DNA of 53,928 nucleotides, counting the filler, from Sphacelaria rigidula (lineage: Eukaryota), in assembly GCA_964200075.2 (NCBI GenBank). It is 3 parts of 3 records of this genome, joined end to end, with 100 filler letters (N's around TTAATTAATTAA, not from the genome) between each part and the next. Parts side by side here need not be neighbours in the genome. Positions count along the whole stretch, not along the records: positions 36,022 to 53,928 come from CAXNAA020000966.1; 2 more parts are not named here. One strand, 5' to 3'. Under the pieces are notes generated by a model. It had not been told where the DNA came from. It saw only the letters and a list, made by a program, of their open reading frames with translations, and did not search any database. Shown here in pieces: positions 37,881 to 52,326 of the stretch. The position numbers and the translations under genes are program-made. Each line of letters begins with the position of its first letter. The stretch's first letter is position 1.

Positions 37881-40800
37881 ATGAAAAATGATGTCGTGAA
37901 CTTAATTACCGCGGTTGTTCTGCAGTTCGTCAAGCCCAGCGGTATCACGTCACATCCGAATATGCGGTTCGTTTTTGCTTGCCGACGACGGTGACGCGTG
38001 CGGCCATTGACGTCTACCAGGTGCCGGAAGAAGAATCTCTGTCACACCTCATTACACTGCCTGACGAAGGCGTCCTGCTCGACGGGGATGCGCAGGGGAA
38101 TGGAGCGAGTTCCGCGGATGACTCCTCAGGAGCTTCTATGCCTTCATTCCAGGTGACGTCAGTTTCTTCCCGCCGATGCTTTGCTTTTTTTGCTCCAGGC
38201 AGTGGTGATAATGCTGCTAAACAAGCCCCCCCCCCCCTCCCGCCCCTAATGCAACCTTATCAAGCGAGATGGCCAGCATGACGCAAGCTGAAACGGCACC
38301 CGACCCGTCGCTACTGTGTACTCTGCGCGCAGGTTCATTTTCAGACCTGATACAAAGGACTCTGCCGCTAACCATGACTGCGTTTTTACGTTACGTTTGT
38401 GGGTCTGAACAAAGCAGCTCTCTGGATATCAGTCGAAGTGGTTGTAGTCAAGTAGACCCTTGACAAGTAGTGTGTGCTCATCGAACATCTGGCACCTGCC
38501 AACCTCTCTAACTCTTGTGATCGCCATGCCACCACAGGTTATGGACCCTCCGGCGGGCGTTGAGGCAGGCCCAGCCTCGCAGGGTGCATTTGGGATCGTG
38601 GCTGGGGAAGAATTGACCACGGACAGTACTCGGTTGTGGAGTGCTCTCACGGAAACTTGTCAAGTCGCAGCTTCCAGATTTTCCCGCCTTGTGAGTCAAT
38701 GCCACGAGAGGAAAACCACATACGGGGGAGTAGCGATACTTTGCAAAATATTGCACAGACTCGAGATCCATATAGCATGGCGCTCGGAGGGCGGTCCATG
38801 GGAGCTACTCAATCCGAAACATTAATTTCTCATCTACTTAATCTTTGTTCCCGCTATGAAAGTGGCGATATTACTGTAGAAGCACGTATGCGTATCGATG
38901 GAAGCATATCGTCACTGTATTTTAAGGACGTCGCCATTTAAGCTGGTACAGTTTCCAATGTCTTAACCCCGTGTATGTGCTTTCTCGTTTTATATATGCC
39001 GTACATGTGTACATGTGCTTCCTCCTTTTACATCGAATGTGCGGGCGGTGCTGCGTCGCTGCATTTGTATGCAGTTACGTTCCGAATGGTGTATGATGTC
39101 TCGGTCGTGTCGGTTTACTCCACTTACCGCCATGGCCTTGGTCGCACCTCTCCCGTCCGCGAATATGTTTCCCTCTACTGCAGGCGTTGACAAAAATCTT
39201 GGCAGGGTGGGAAGAGCACGAGGCGTCATCCCTGACAAAAGCCGGTTTCGGCTCCATCTCAACGGCTCCCGTTTTTTGTCTTGATGCCTTGGGTGGGCCC
39301 GACATGTAAGTATTCTCTCGTTCCGCGAAGGCGTGGAATGCTCCCACTCCAGAACGTTCTCCCGATTAGGTTCAGCGACGAGTTCAAAAGCTCTCCGGTT
39401 TTGCTTGTAAGGCGTAGCGACAGCAAAGTATGTGGTGGGGTAGATACGTAAGGATTCTCGATACTTCGTCTTGGCTGCTGAACATGGAGCGGCATCTCCC
39501 GGGCATCGCACAGCCAACTTTCACAAGCTCGCTCGTGAGAGGCTTCCTTGCGCATCAATTTTGTTCTCTGTTGCAGGTTTGACGCGAATAGATGTATGTG
39601 CTTCTCACATCGAACAGCCCTTCATTTCATCGTTTCACGCAAGCTACTTGATGTAGCATTTTTCGCGGAGCCTGGGACCAGGGCACCATCGTGTGGTATA
39701 TCAGGCACTTTCTCGCTGACTGTAGACCAATCTTTCACGCAGTCCGTCGCTAATAGCCTTGCAAATACATTTCTGTCAACATGCTGGCGTTGTGATGCAC
39801 TGAGCAGGTTTTTGAACCTTCTGCGCACGATATTCGCGGACGAGAGGGACAACAAAAACGAGACCGATACCGCGGCGTTGGAGGTATAGTACTGGTATAT
39901 GGTTAGCGCTACAATTGTGACTTAGCCTAACTATGTGCCATTCATGACACAATCTGGCTCACCTTTGGTCTGTTGTGTAGCTGCGGGCTGTACTGTAGAT
40001 ATGCTGTAGCTGTAGAGGGTGTGCGTGTGCTAGTAATCGGGAATATGTTCTGGCCTATCGAGATAGGTCTTTATTCTGAAGGTCTTCTCGAGGAATCGTG
40101 CTATTTCGAGAAATGACTGCATGGCGCTCTTTTGCGATGACCGTCCTGTAGTGTACAACTCGATCGCTATACCTTGTTGGGCGAGACTTCCTGAAGGTCA
40201 TCCTCGGGTTGCCCACCGTAAATGTGTTATGGATAAGGCTCCGCCTTTGAGAGAGTATTTGGAAGAGAGAAAAAGATGCCTACCGCGTTTACCATGCCTA
40301 CGTTGTTTAGTTCGCGACATTCTCGCCGACCGTCCCTCCAACGACATGCTGGGCCTTCGGTTGTATCTTGGAGCGCACAGTTATCACGTCCTGGTCAAGG
40401 TCTGCCCAGCTATATCGGAGCCGCAAAAACACGGCTGCACTTCCCTGTCACGCCCAACCTGAATCTAATGAGAATATTTAGCGTAGCGCACATTTCGACA
40501 CACTCTGAATGCCCTGTAATATTTCTGAAACTGCAGGTGTTGTCGAAGAAGATTCTGAACGTGGCTAAAGGGAAGACCGAGGACGACCGCAGGGTAGCCG
40601 ATGTGCTGGTGGCATTCGCTCTTCGTCAGGTCAGGGTTACTCATAGATCACTCATCCGGTGGTTTCAGTACATCCCGACCTGAACCCATTTCTATCGACC
40701 ATGGGTGACGACCCACTCCCAAAGGCACGCCGAAACCAGTTGACTACCAAGCTGGTAGAGGTAGTCTTTTCAGATGTATCTGTCATGATCGTTTCGCAGC

Positions 40801-43800
40801 CCGATTTCCCATTGCTCGGCGCCTCGTCGTTTGGACTGAATTGTTCTGGCATGAAAGAAACACCACAACCCGCAATAGCAGTGCCCCTTTCGTGTGCGTG
40901 TGTCGCATCACCAGCTGCAAGACGCGGTCTCCTTGGCGAACTTCCTTCCCCCTACGAAGGCTGTTGTACGCACGTGGGAGACTTCGCACAACTACGCGGA
41001 CAACACCGACTCGTACAGTAAGGTAATGCGATGACCTGCTGTGTATACCAACCTTGTGCGGGGATGCGACGTGTTGTTGCATTGCCGTCGTAACGCTGCT
41101 CAGTGATGGTGCTGGTCCTACACCCCGCTTGGCGCATAACTTTGCAGACTTGTATGATCTTGTTTGTCGTGGTACACACAGCACGGGTACACGCACACTA
41201 GACTGGCCCATCTCTAGGTTGAATCCACGAGCTGCTGCTTCACGTTGATAGCGTTCATGCCGATAAACACATGATCCCGACGGTGCTCGTTGAAATCAAA
41301 TTCCATGTTTCAGATATGCATTCCTGGTGCTAAGCGCATTCGAATAGTGTTCGATGAGAGGTGCTCCACGGAGATGGGCTGTGACTACGCCAGGATCTAC
41401 AAAAGTGAGCTCACAGAAACCGCACAGTTCATTCCACTACCCACGCAACGTGTAGGTTTCAAAGCTTTAGTAAAAGGTGTCAGCTCTTCTCTTCACTATC
41501 AACATTGTGGTAGAAAGGTTGCGCGATGCGTTCGCAATCTTGTCGCTCGCTAGTCTGGCCTCCGTGGACATTGGCAAAGTTTGAACTCGACGTTCTTTGT
41601 TGTTAGGAGCGCATAAATCTATGCGTGACGCATTTTCGTTTCATTTGCAGCGCTCCAGCAAATATCTGGGCACAAGACAGCATAAGGCGCAACACTCATG
41701 CGCCATCTTTAACATCATTTTTTCGTCTCTTGCGATTCCCCTCTACCCTTAGATGGCCAGCACAATACCTTCTGGGGAGAAGAAAAGTATACTGGGCCAC
41801 GATCCAACCGCAATCGGGTGTGGGCGGGCGTGGGCATGCGTCCGCCGTTGACCGTCGAGGTAAGATACTGTATTGCGCCGCCTGTTCATGCAACTCCGGT
41901 ACGCCGGGGACAAGAATCGTGCGCTACCACAGGTCCAGGATCATTTCCCGTCAGAACCCCGAGCTTTTCAGTTTGATGTGAGCTTCAGCGCATGCGTCCA
42001 AGTCATGCTTCTCTAAGGTCGCAGAGTATACCGCGTCTTTTTCTCTTTTCATCTTGGGCTGTTGCGTTTCGCGTAGGCTTCGTCTCGTGCATGTGTTCGC
42101 TGCCGCTGAGTGTGAGCTCAGCCACATTGTTGACGCGCTAAAGCAGCACTCTGAGAGTGTGTCTCAAGTATTCTGTAGCGATGTACACTGTGCAGTTCAA
42201 CGAGCACACCGACGCTCCTGTATCAATAATTTCTATCTTGGTGGATGCCTCCGTAGTAGTAGAGCCTCCCAAGAATCCTCGGGCGTAGCATGATCTGGCC
42301 ACTTGATGTGCTATTCATAAAACGCTGCGGTAATCGAACCGGAACTGTCTCCCCCGCGGTCCACTTTGTTTTTCTCGGAATTTTCCGTGGTCAGGCTGAC
42401 CACTTCGAAATTTACTTCCACTCGGATTCCTCCAACAACGACTGGGGTGTCAGGCTCTCTGCTTACGGCATAATGCAGGTATTCGCCCAGCTCCTGGTTA
42501 CTTATGAAAAAATGTCGTCACGTTTGCGTTTGGAAGGCCGCCGCGTCCGATTACCCATTCCTGTAGTCATGAATGTGTGCAGATTGAGCGTCGTTAACGT
42601 GAAGTCAAAGGCCGCAAACGGCCCACTGCCTTCGTTGAAATAAAGAGAGAAGCAAGTGCCCACCCTCATCAAGCACCTGTATTCACCCTGTGTCGCCCTA
42701 TTCTACGCATTTTTCTTCCAGGAGCCAAGTGCTGAGCAGCGAGCTTCGCTGAAAGCTAAATGTGAAGCGTTAGGCCAGCCCGAAACCGAACTGGCATGCT
42801 GGCTTTTGGAGGCTTTGGCTAAGTTTCCTAATGGGGACTACGGCAAGAGTATCATGTACCGAGAGGCTACGCTGGTGACCCTCGTCAGGTATGTCAGAAG
42901 CCCCTGATCGTCAGCGGTTTCCAGAGTGTCTCTTTTCGCTCTCAATAATTTCGTGTAAAACCAGTGTTAATGTCTCGTGCTTAGCTGAAAACTGTTGAGT
43001 TACGTCTGGGATTCATGCACCTTCGAGCGTCCACGACGTGTTTACGACTGCTACATTTAGGCACCATCACGCCTTTGTTTTTCGCCACAGAGTGCTTACA
43101 ACGAGGTCCATTATCCTGAGCTTCATATCTTGACCGCTGGTGACTTCGCTGTTGCGAATCGCGACTTGGCGCGGTGCTCAGGTTCTTGGAGGCTACCAAT
43201 AAGGAGGGCAAGATCCGGGTAACCCAACTCCTGACGGTGATGCTGCATAACGTCGGCAAGACACGGGTAAGACGCCGATGCAGTGATGATGATGCAGCAA
43301 GCCAACAGAGGTGAAAACCGCCACAACTGTGTTCACGCTCGAGCTTCTTGTTATGATTACTTCGTGTTTGTGAAACGCTATTCTCCCCGCGACCACCTTT
43401 CTGCTTGGCATCGCCTTTGCGGAACAGACGGCACATGAAAAGACAACTTCGCCACAAACTCCACCAAGCGCGAAGACAAGTTATCTCGATTCAAGTTTGG
43501 TTCGCAATCCTGCAGCAGTGCTCGAGGCAGGGGGTCTGGCAAAGACCTTGAGACGCCTGGCTGACAAACAGGCGGCACTAGAGGAGAGTAGGGGTACGGC
43601 GGGTAGGAGTCCGCTCCTACAGAGCCTCGTGCAAGCATGTGTTGTGGCCGAGGGTTGCCTGCAGCCAGGCACTGTTGAGGGCGATGGGGGCGATATCGGA
43701 TCTCCTTTCTCATTATCTGACGGTCACGTAGGTGAGCCAAAACCCCCTTCTTTTTTATCAGCATCTATTAGCAAATGAAACGTAAACGCAAAAATTCCAC

Positions 43801-46800
43801 TGTCATGAAGACGTATTGACCGCACGTCACGAGATAGGGTGGAGAACGTACAGCTAACACAACCAGGCAAACGCCTCACGTGTAGATTATTGATAACTCC
43901 CATCCCCATTCTTTGCTCGACTACCTTCATGCCATCTGTTGAATCAACCAAATTTGTTTGTGGTTTATCTACAAAATGTCCTTATAGCCCCTCTCAATAC
44001 CCCTACACCCCTGTCTATATTGCCCTTGGTAGCCGCCGGACCCGATGGGGCTGATAACCAGCGATGGCCCAGCTGGAGCCTTGGAAACCCCCCGTACTGT
44101 CTGTCAACTGACCTGCGTGATACTGTGATCACCAAGAGCAAGGAACAGCCTGTGGGGGAGTTGGGTGCGCACACGGTGCTCGCTGTTAACCGGCGACATG
44201 TCGCAAAGGCCGGTGGCCAGTTGCTCAGGTGCGTAAGCGATGTCTGCTTTGCTGTGATCAAAACGCAAAAGCGGCCGTATCTGGGGAGCACTGGCATTAT
44301 TGGCCGGATGTTAGATACTCCCACGACACTGCGGTGATACTGTCACAGCAGGTCGTGGTGGTGCCATGTAAGCGCTACAGGATCCTTCATGGAAGATCCA
44401 CAAAAGGCTCACGGTGAAAGCACGTGAAAAGTCTGTGCCGAATATAGTTGTTTTTTTGTCGCACTTTGAACCCCTCCCCTTTCTTGGGACGAGTCCGTGG
44501 TCTAATGCCTAATGGTCTCACGGGATCAATCTATCTCTACCCGGTACATGCTTTGCATTTTGGTCTCGCAGATTGGGTCATGACTATCAGCACTCCCGCA
44601 CCGCGTCAACTCTCGTCACACAAACTCAGTCAACTACTGTTCGTTTACTCACGTACTAACGCTTTCGACGGTGGAAATCAGATACTTCGAAAAAATATCC
44701 AACGCATCGGGATTCGAACCCTTGGTCTCTCCATCCTAACGGTGACAGTCGGACCACTCCATCACCGTTTGTATGCTTGGGGGCATACACAGTTGGGTGT
44801 GCGCTCCTATGTAGAGGAAGATCTATCGCCGTTGTTTGCCGATCTCTAGCAAAGCCGTATCCATCGTATATACATGCATGTTTCTGATTCCTTGCCCGTG
44901 GGCAAAACCTGATTCCCCTCAAGCTCCACGAACATATCCATAATAACCCGACTGCAAGCCGTACAGCTTACCCTGACAACAAGCCCAAACGCATGTGCCT
45001 CTAGCGCACGGTAGGTACAATGTGCACCTGAGCTATCCCTGTCTGTAGGGCGTGCATCGGAGCTATGTGCCAGCACTATGATAGTACCGTGCAAGTGTGA
45101 TACTCCCCCCTCCCCTCCCTCCGTGGTAGCCGTGCGCCACTGCGGAATGATGGATGTCACGCTGTTGCCATTAGAGTAAGGTGCAACCCATCAAAGAGGC
45201 CCACGAGCACCACGAAATTTCCGTATATTTACCACGTAATGGTTATGGCACATTGCCCGCCCGTGAGGCCGCCGTATCAGTGCAGTGGGCACCTGCACGA
45301 TGGCACGATGGCAAGACTACGCACTGGCATGCTCCTAACATAGCACTCTAACGAAGTTAGTGTGAAAGAGTTGAGCTCCCATGTTTCCATTTCTAACCTA
45401 CAATTGTGACCGATAATGCCCAACATTGAGTATTCTAGTTGGCACATCGCTGCCGCTGGTGGCCCTGTGCTCTGTGCAACAAACTGGCCAACGGTACTCC
45501 TACTCAACACGACGAACAGGTGGAAATTGCGGGTCGCTTATTGCTCTGGAGAGGGTCCGGCTGTCGGAGTTGGGATCGGAGCTTCCACGTCTGCAGAGCA
45601 TTTACCGACGCAGGGGTTGGACGGCGTGTCGTGGCTGCTGACATGGTCATGCAGTAGAATTGTCACGGTGTGTACCCTTCATGTGTAATTATGGCACTTC
45701 CCATGGCTCCGTTCAGTATGAGAGTGCCGTAGTCGGTATACATCAGAGCTGCTGTTATAGGCTGGCATGTTCGCGATAGTATGCTTGAAAACATTTAGAA
45801 ACCATGGGCGAGTGTGTACTTGAGGACACGGTGCCCACCAGTTTGATTGTCTTGTCTCAGGTTTTCTCTTTGCAATGTTAATGTTATAGGTGACAACGGC
45901 GGGTGGTGCCTCTGTCAGCGCTCTGTTCGGGCCAAAAATCAAGAGTGGCGATGCTGTCATGGTGGAAGTGGACCCCCTCGTCAAAACCGTGGTTTTCTAC
46001 CGAAATCGGGTGAGCATGCTGCGAAAGCGATGCCTCCAAGCGGATTGTATCTGTGTAGATCTCACCGCGGCACGCCAAGGATATAGACCCTTCTCCATGT
46101 TGTGGACATAATTGCATGCCTACAGAACAAGCGAACAACGTTCGCGTTCAAAAAAAATTACGTAGTCTTCCCTACCCAGCTACTTGAGTGCTCGCGTTTG
46201 TACGAAGGCCCGCAACCCTGATCACAAGGAGAAAATCAAGGTACAGGTCCACTATCGTGGCACCTGCAAAAGCAAGAATGAATTTCAGAGGGAATCCAAC
46301 GAATCCAATACAGCTATTTATGTACCTGCTTGCCTATCTAGCAATCTATTCACCGTAGGGGGTAGGTACACCGGCCCTCCCACTTTCCTCGTGTAGCTAA
46401 ATCGCAAGGGGTAGCTGCTATGCCGCAAGGAGAGCCATCACGAAACTACAGCCTCTTTCGCTGTGCGCTCTTAGGTTGGAATGGTTACTTGAACCGAATC
46501 GATATTCTCCCTCCACGTATTGAACCGCCATCGTTTATCGGAACTCTTGAAAGTAAGCAGTAATCGCGTGGAATGCCGCACTCATCCATCGTCTATGACG
46601 TAGGTAAGGCACAGCACCCATTGCCGAAGTCGTCCTCTCGTCGACGGTAAATAGCCGACATGTAGTAGGAACGAATGGGGAGACGAGGGGTGGAGTCAGG
46701 TCGTGTTGTGTGTATATATTAGGGGAGCTTTCGCAAGGCCAATCGCCGATTCTCTGTTATCACGCGAGCTTTCCATCATACTGTACCCTGCTCGCCTTTC

Positions 46801-49800
46801 CCGTGTCTTGTCATTTAGATATCTACACTATGGAAATCATGCGAAATATGCTGGTCATTTTTGCTAACTTCATTTCTATCTATCGTCAGTAATTTCCGAT
46901 CATAGCAGCTGCTCGTACTCTCATCGAGTGTGGCGTTCTTTTTAATTCACCCTAGCTCTCGTGCAGTCCATGGTCGTCACGCCGCTTCGTTGAGTGCTCC
47001 AAAAATACCTCTCGGCGGGCTGTGCCCCCCTCTTATTCACAAACGCCCGCTGCTGGCCGCGTGTCCCCGGAATACAGCTATGCAGAATAAAGCACAGTCT
47101 GAGTCGTCGGGATTGAAAGCCAACCATAGTATGACGTCGTCAAGACTTGAAAAAATGTGATGCGCTGCTCTCATTTGATGTCTACTGACGTGACACACGA
47201 GCCATACCTTCCGTGGTCGTGAAACACCATCCTTGCTTCATTGCCTGAAGCAGGCTTTTGTAGGGATCGCCTTTGGGCCTGTCGGTTCAGGCGCAGCGTT
47301 GGAGCACGGAGACATCTCGTCAAGCGACTTTACTGCATTCAGGCGCGCCATGGCAACTAGCGCATTCCCGTCTCCCCCCGTATTCGCCGGAGGGCTCGGT
47401 GGTAATGACGGCTGTTGGATCGCTGATGCCACCCTACGCGCGGCGGTCACACTGCACAACGTTCGGGATGCTGTGACTTTAGAAGCCTCACATTCTGCAT
47501 CTCTGACACAGTCCCCACTACTAGCTTATCAGGAGTTGGATGGGGTGGATCGAACTGCCTCGGGTGTTGGAGGGGCTAGCTGGTTTGAATTGATGAAGGA
47601 GAGCTTGGAGCTCATGTCGGCGGTCATCAAACGGAAGTTACCCGGGACCTTCGTGGCGAAGGACTTGTTGCCGAAGGTGAGATGCTGTCGTTGTTACTGT
47701 TCCGTGCTGTATCTCACGCGTTCATTTATTCGGTGTTCAAAGTGTCCCGTCGTTCACATAGTCATGGGATTGTTAAATTTCCACCAGTGGGCAGCTGCAA
47801 GTGTCCTGATTACTGTGCTCTTGTCCCCCGCCCACTCGCGCTCGCACACCGTTTTTTCGTGCATGGGGGGATGTTGAATTCGTGATGAGCAGTACCAAAA
47901 GCACTATTCCAAGATCCTGGAATCGACGCACCCACTGCCCCTGAAGCCGTCAGAGCATTCGGCCGTTATCCCGGGAGCATCGGCAATCGAGGTAACGTGT
48001 ATACTCCGCTACTGTGCAGCGGTTGTGGTGTGTTGATAAATTTAGATTGCGACTGCCTTAGAGCACTGGTGGCTGACCCCGGCATACACCCGGCACGAGC
48101 GGTGTGTGTCGTGTGACTTGTCCCCTTGCCTCCTTGCCTCTGACTCCATTGTGCCGACATCGTTCCTGTTGACAGGTGATCTTCGACAAGAGGACGTCGA
48201 TGGGACCATCGGACAAGATCAGCATTTTTGGTAGCAGCATTAAAGACCCGGTTAGTTCACAAGCACCAAAGTCCCTTCGTAGACAGCATTGGCAGTGCTC
48301 GTCTCCTGACAGCTCCCGGGTATAATACATGTCTCTCAGCAACCAAACGCTTGGGACCAATCGTGGGGCGTAACACAAGTCTCTCATCCGCACAAGCTAT
48401 TAGCTTCCCGCTTCCTGTTCGCTGCGTCATGCACCATATGCTTTGAGCACCTGGTGCATTTTCGTCTGTCCGTTGATTGCTTTCCAGGAGAGGGTACTTG
48501 TAGGCCTCGAGGGCGGCACGGAGAGCTTGTCTTCCGCCTCAAACAGTTACGATCAGGGAATTGCGATTGGTGATCGTGTCGTGCGTGGACCAAGCTGGGA
48601 CTGGGGCGCCACGCAGGATGGCGGGCCGGGAGGCTTTGGAACTGTCGTTGATGTGAGAGGATGGACCGAGAAGAAGCTGAAAGTGGTAACTTACGCAAAG
48701 CGAGGATGAAAAGAGGGAACCAGAGAGGGAAATACGCACATAATGCGTTCCACCACGCGCTCGCTGGGTGCTGACGACCCTGTGGCTACCCAGTTGTGTT
48801 CCTTAGGCGATGCTAATTTTTGGTTCGTTCTTTTTTCGCAGATCAAAACTTGGAAAGGCAAGCCTCGCGCCGGGATCAAGGTCCTGTGGGAAGACACGGC
48901 CTTCGAAGGTCTCTACAGGTACCATGTTCGTGGGAGTTATCTGCTACGCGAAAAAGAAGTGAAACAGTTTTCGGTTAGCATCCGCGAATACTACGGCGAT
49001 GTGGAGGTTTCGTCGCAAACCTCACGTCTTCTACCCCAGGTTATGATGGCACTTCAGTAACGGTAGTCTGCCAAAAAGCAAAACATTTCGTCGGATGGAG
49101 TCCTTGGCAGATATGGCCCACATGAGGGGAATCATTTGATGATAATATGCGTGGAAAAGGCGTGTCACCTGATGCCGCTGTAGCTCTCTGTCCCCAATCA
49201 CGGGTCAACCCTTTGACAACCAGGGTGGGTCATCTGTTGAATTGGGAATCATTTTCACTTGAAGAATGAATGCAAGATCGAGATGACCCACCCTGGGGCA
49301 CAAGAGGTTTTGGAGACATGGATTGCTGGCCTCGCTTGTTTTGGGGATGCATCATTGATCGCAGTGACACCAAGAAACGAGGAAACACTGGCCGCAGTTC
49401 AGACCCCTCATCGGTAGGCCAGTCGACAGAGAAAACGCACGTGGAAAATAAACAGGCACCAGCATCTGCTTCACGCAGTTTTCGCTCAGACAAGATGATT
49501 TCTTGATCGATGGACCTGATGTGTAGTTGCCATCGATCACCTCATCTCCCCTAAAAACTTGCCGTACTGCTATTTTGTTGTATGTACTGTAGCACCTTTG
49601 CGCTATATAACCCGCCGCGGCGGTACACGTTCGCGGCGTTCATGGTGTAGGGTATGCATGCAATACGAAACGTACAGTATAGTAGTACCCTATATTACAG
49701 ATTTATTGAAAACGGGAACATGCGCAAAAGTGTCCTATTCGTTTTCTGGGAGTGTTTCCAAGAAGGGAACCACATAGACATTCGAATACTGCAGCAGCAT

Positions 49801-52326
49801 CCTGACGGGTAGCGGATTGATACAAATGCGGTGTGGATGCCAGCTCATCGTTTGACCAACACGGTGTACTGCACTGCATCGTGCTGTGCTGTGCTGTGCT
49901 GTGTGCGCTGGCTAGTAGGAGGGTTAATGGAATGGATAGGATCACAAACGTCCAAAAAATCAAGCAATACCTCAGAGCAAAATACCCGTGGCGGATCGCT
50001 GAAAAAGTATTAGTATGAGAACGCGACTCCACACACGCCTGTTTGCCAATTGGTAACTGAGGGTCACACTCGCCCCTATTCCAGCGTGTGGTATTTGAGG
50101 GCTCGCTCATGTCAAGTGCGCCAGAAAACAATATGTCGTTGTCTTGTCAAAATATTTGTGACATAGAGTGGTACAACTGCCTAAAACGTGTACTGAATTG
50201 GGACCGGTTGTGTTGTACTCTGCTTTCCTTGCAACGTCGTTCTCCCAGGTGGGACCATGAAGGATGCTTCGATCTGGTGGTGGTTGGACGTGGAGGGACA
50301 TCCACCAAACCGATTTTCATACCCGGCGAAGTGGTCAAGATCAAAGGTATATGTTTGTTGTGTTTTCATAAGGTGACCCGATACTCTTCCCCCCTTCGAG
50401 CCTGGTCCGGCGAAAACCCGGCGTGCTCCGTCCCGGCTCTGTAGGGATGCGAGGTCAATGGTCTGATGACTATGGCATGCATGATCATGAGTACACCCGC
50501 CCCTCGCCCTGGCACGTTCCGCGATGCTGTGCCATCCAGCCGCCTTCGCTTGTTTTTTTGTAGTATTCGTCCTTGTGTTCATGGCTCATTTTACCATGCA
50601 CTGGTGAATCCGATCATCGCCGTCACCGCACGCATTTGACGTCGTGGCGTCCGCATACAGCCATGCTCATGGAAGTTGGCTCCTCCCTCTTAACGTGTCT
50701 TGTTCTGTACTTCTGTCGGCGGGCGTGCAGTCGATCCAGACATGGACTCGACTGCGAGGGTGGGCGATGATGGGTGGAAGGGTGCTCTACAGCTGAGAGA
50801 TCGGAGTTATGTGGCCATCAGATTACCTGTGGGAGAGGGGACCGCGGCGATGGCGGGGGCGTTCACGATAGAATCTTGGTTCCGACTGAGGGTGAGATGT
50901 CACGGTCGTGGGTTCTTGTTATTAACCTGTGATGGGCCAAAGCACCTATTTTTCAATATTAGTAGTATAAAAGGACTGTTACATTCTGGTGCAATGTCTG
51001 ATCTTTGCATGGAATGTCGTTGACAAAACCACCAGCTGCGACACAGCTACTACTTGCATGGCTTATTTACATGCGTCCCGCACCCTGCTGCCGAGGATGG
51101 GCTTCGAGACATCAATCATCAGCAATCATGGAGTGTTGTCTCGTAGCAGGCTCACGGTCGGTTTGACAGCCTTCTCGCATGCGTGTTCATCTGTGTCTAC
51201 ACTTGTCTCTCCGTTGATACTGAATTTCGCTGAAAGACGCTGAGTGTCGCTGAAGCGGAATCGGGAGTGGAGTCAGGACCATTTCCACTTCTGTCCAGAG
51301 GTCTTCTGGCAGGACTGAGCCAGCTTGTCGTGACGGCGGTGCCATCTTCAGGCAAGCCCTCTGGCGTTCTAGTTGTTTGGTGCTGTATGTACTGGCATGT
51401 GTTGGCAGGCGTCCTGACAATATTTTGTGCTCGTGCGAGAGAAAAGTGCAATGACTGTAGTCGTTGCAGTGATTTTGTCGCTGTGTTTGGTTTAGGGATA
51501 GCTTTCTGCTCTCGTGGCTCAATATGTTATCCTGCTAGCTGTGTTTCTACGCCAAGCTTCACCCCGATAATAGCTTCTCAATCGCGAGAAGTCATGTGTG
51601 CCTCGACAGTACCTGTACTCGTGTCAACACGATGACCCCAACTGATTTCCTTATATGACAAACACGTCCAGCTGATTTGTCTCTCTACACCATACGACAG
51701 ATCTATCGGAGGCGAAGGTTGTGGTACAGATGCACACGAGTGACCAGAGCAGCGGGCTTCGAATTGAAGGGGGTGCTTTATCACCGGGCAAGTGGGGTCA
51801 CGTTGCTGTGTCGATCGATGGATCTGGACACGCCTCCTTGGTCGTTGACGGGAAGAAGGTTGCCCAGGGGGATTTCCAAGGTATTGTACCGTTTTTCATG
51901 AGTTCCTACAATATTTTCGTACTAACTTTCTCTGCGCCCCATGAGCGGGTACACAGCACTTGCGAGCATGTTGCGTGCTTGCGCATGCGAACAATTTTGA
52001 GTCTAGATCTTGTGTACTCGTCCGTTCAGATTGTAGGACATGGGCGCTTGCCGGTACTCGTCGTGGATAACCTTACAGTCACCATCATTGCTCCTCTGCT
52101 TTTTCTTCTCTATTTTCCTCTAGTTGTGTCCCCGCTTTCGTGTGAATGTTGTTTCCCCGAACCCTTCATGCTATGTCGCGCGTTAGGGTCACGAATGGAG
52201 GTCGAGGACTGCGAATTGGCGTTAGGGGTTTCATTCGAGACCGATCATGGCCTGTGTGCTCATGTCTACGACTTCCGTCTGTGGGGACATGCACTTACAC
52301 CGGCAGACATTGCAAGCGGCCGTAAG
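37881..52326 (+). CDS. Giant multi-exon protein (partial) with CUB-like, SPRY-like, second CUB-like, MIB/HERC2 and LamG/ConA-like modules; probably a HERC2/HECTD4-like ubiquitin-system scaffold; continues past the window end
   Basis: GT-AG exons include ~40915-41022 (WETSHNYADN), 41314-41404 (ICIPGAKRIRIVFDERCSTEMGCDYARIY), 41753-41859, 42395-42478 (IYFHSDSSNNDWG), ~45521 and ~45889-46009 (IKSGDAVMVEVD...VVFYRN), 47254-47676 (FVGIAFGP), ~47914 (LESTHP...IPGA), ~48488 (IGDRVVRGPSWDWGATQDGGPGGFGTV), 48842-48918 (IKVLWEDT...YR), ~50718-50892 (FTIESW), ~51700-51880 (GKWGHVAVSIDG...LVVDG), 52186-52326 (DFRLWGHALT). Confidence 0.8.
44455..44768 (-). mobile_element. tRNA-derived SINE, family B, copy 2
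   Basis: Minus-strand head CGGTGATGGAGTGGTCCGACTGTCACCGTTAGGATGGAGAGACCAAGGGTTCGAATCCCGATG has an A-box-like element and a canonical B-box (GGTTCGAATCC). The body is shared with 24745-25020. Confidence 0.72.
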
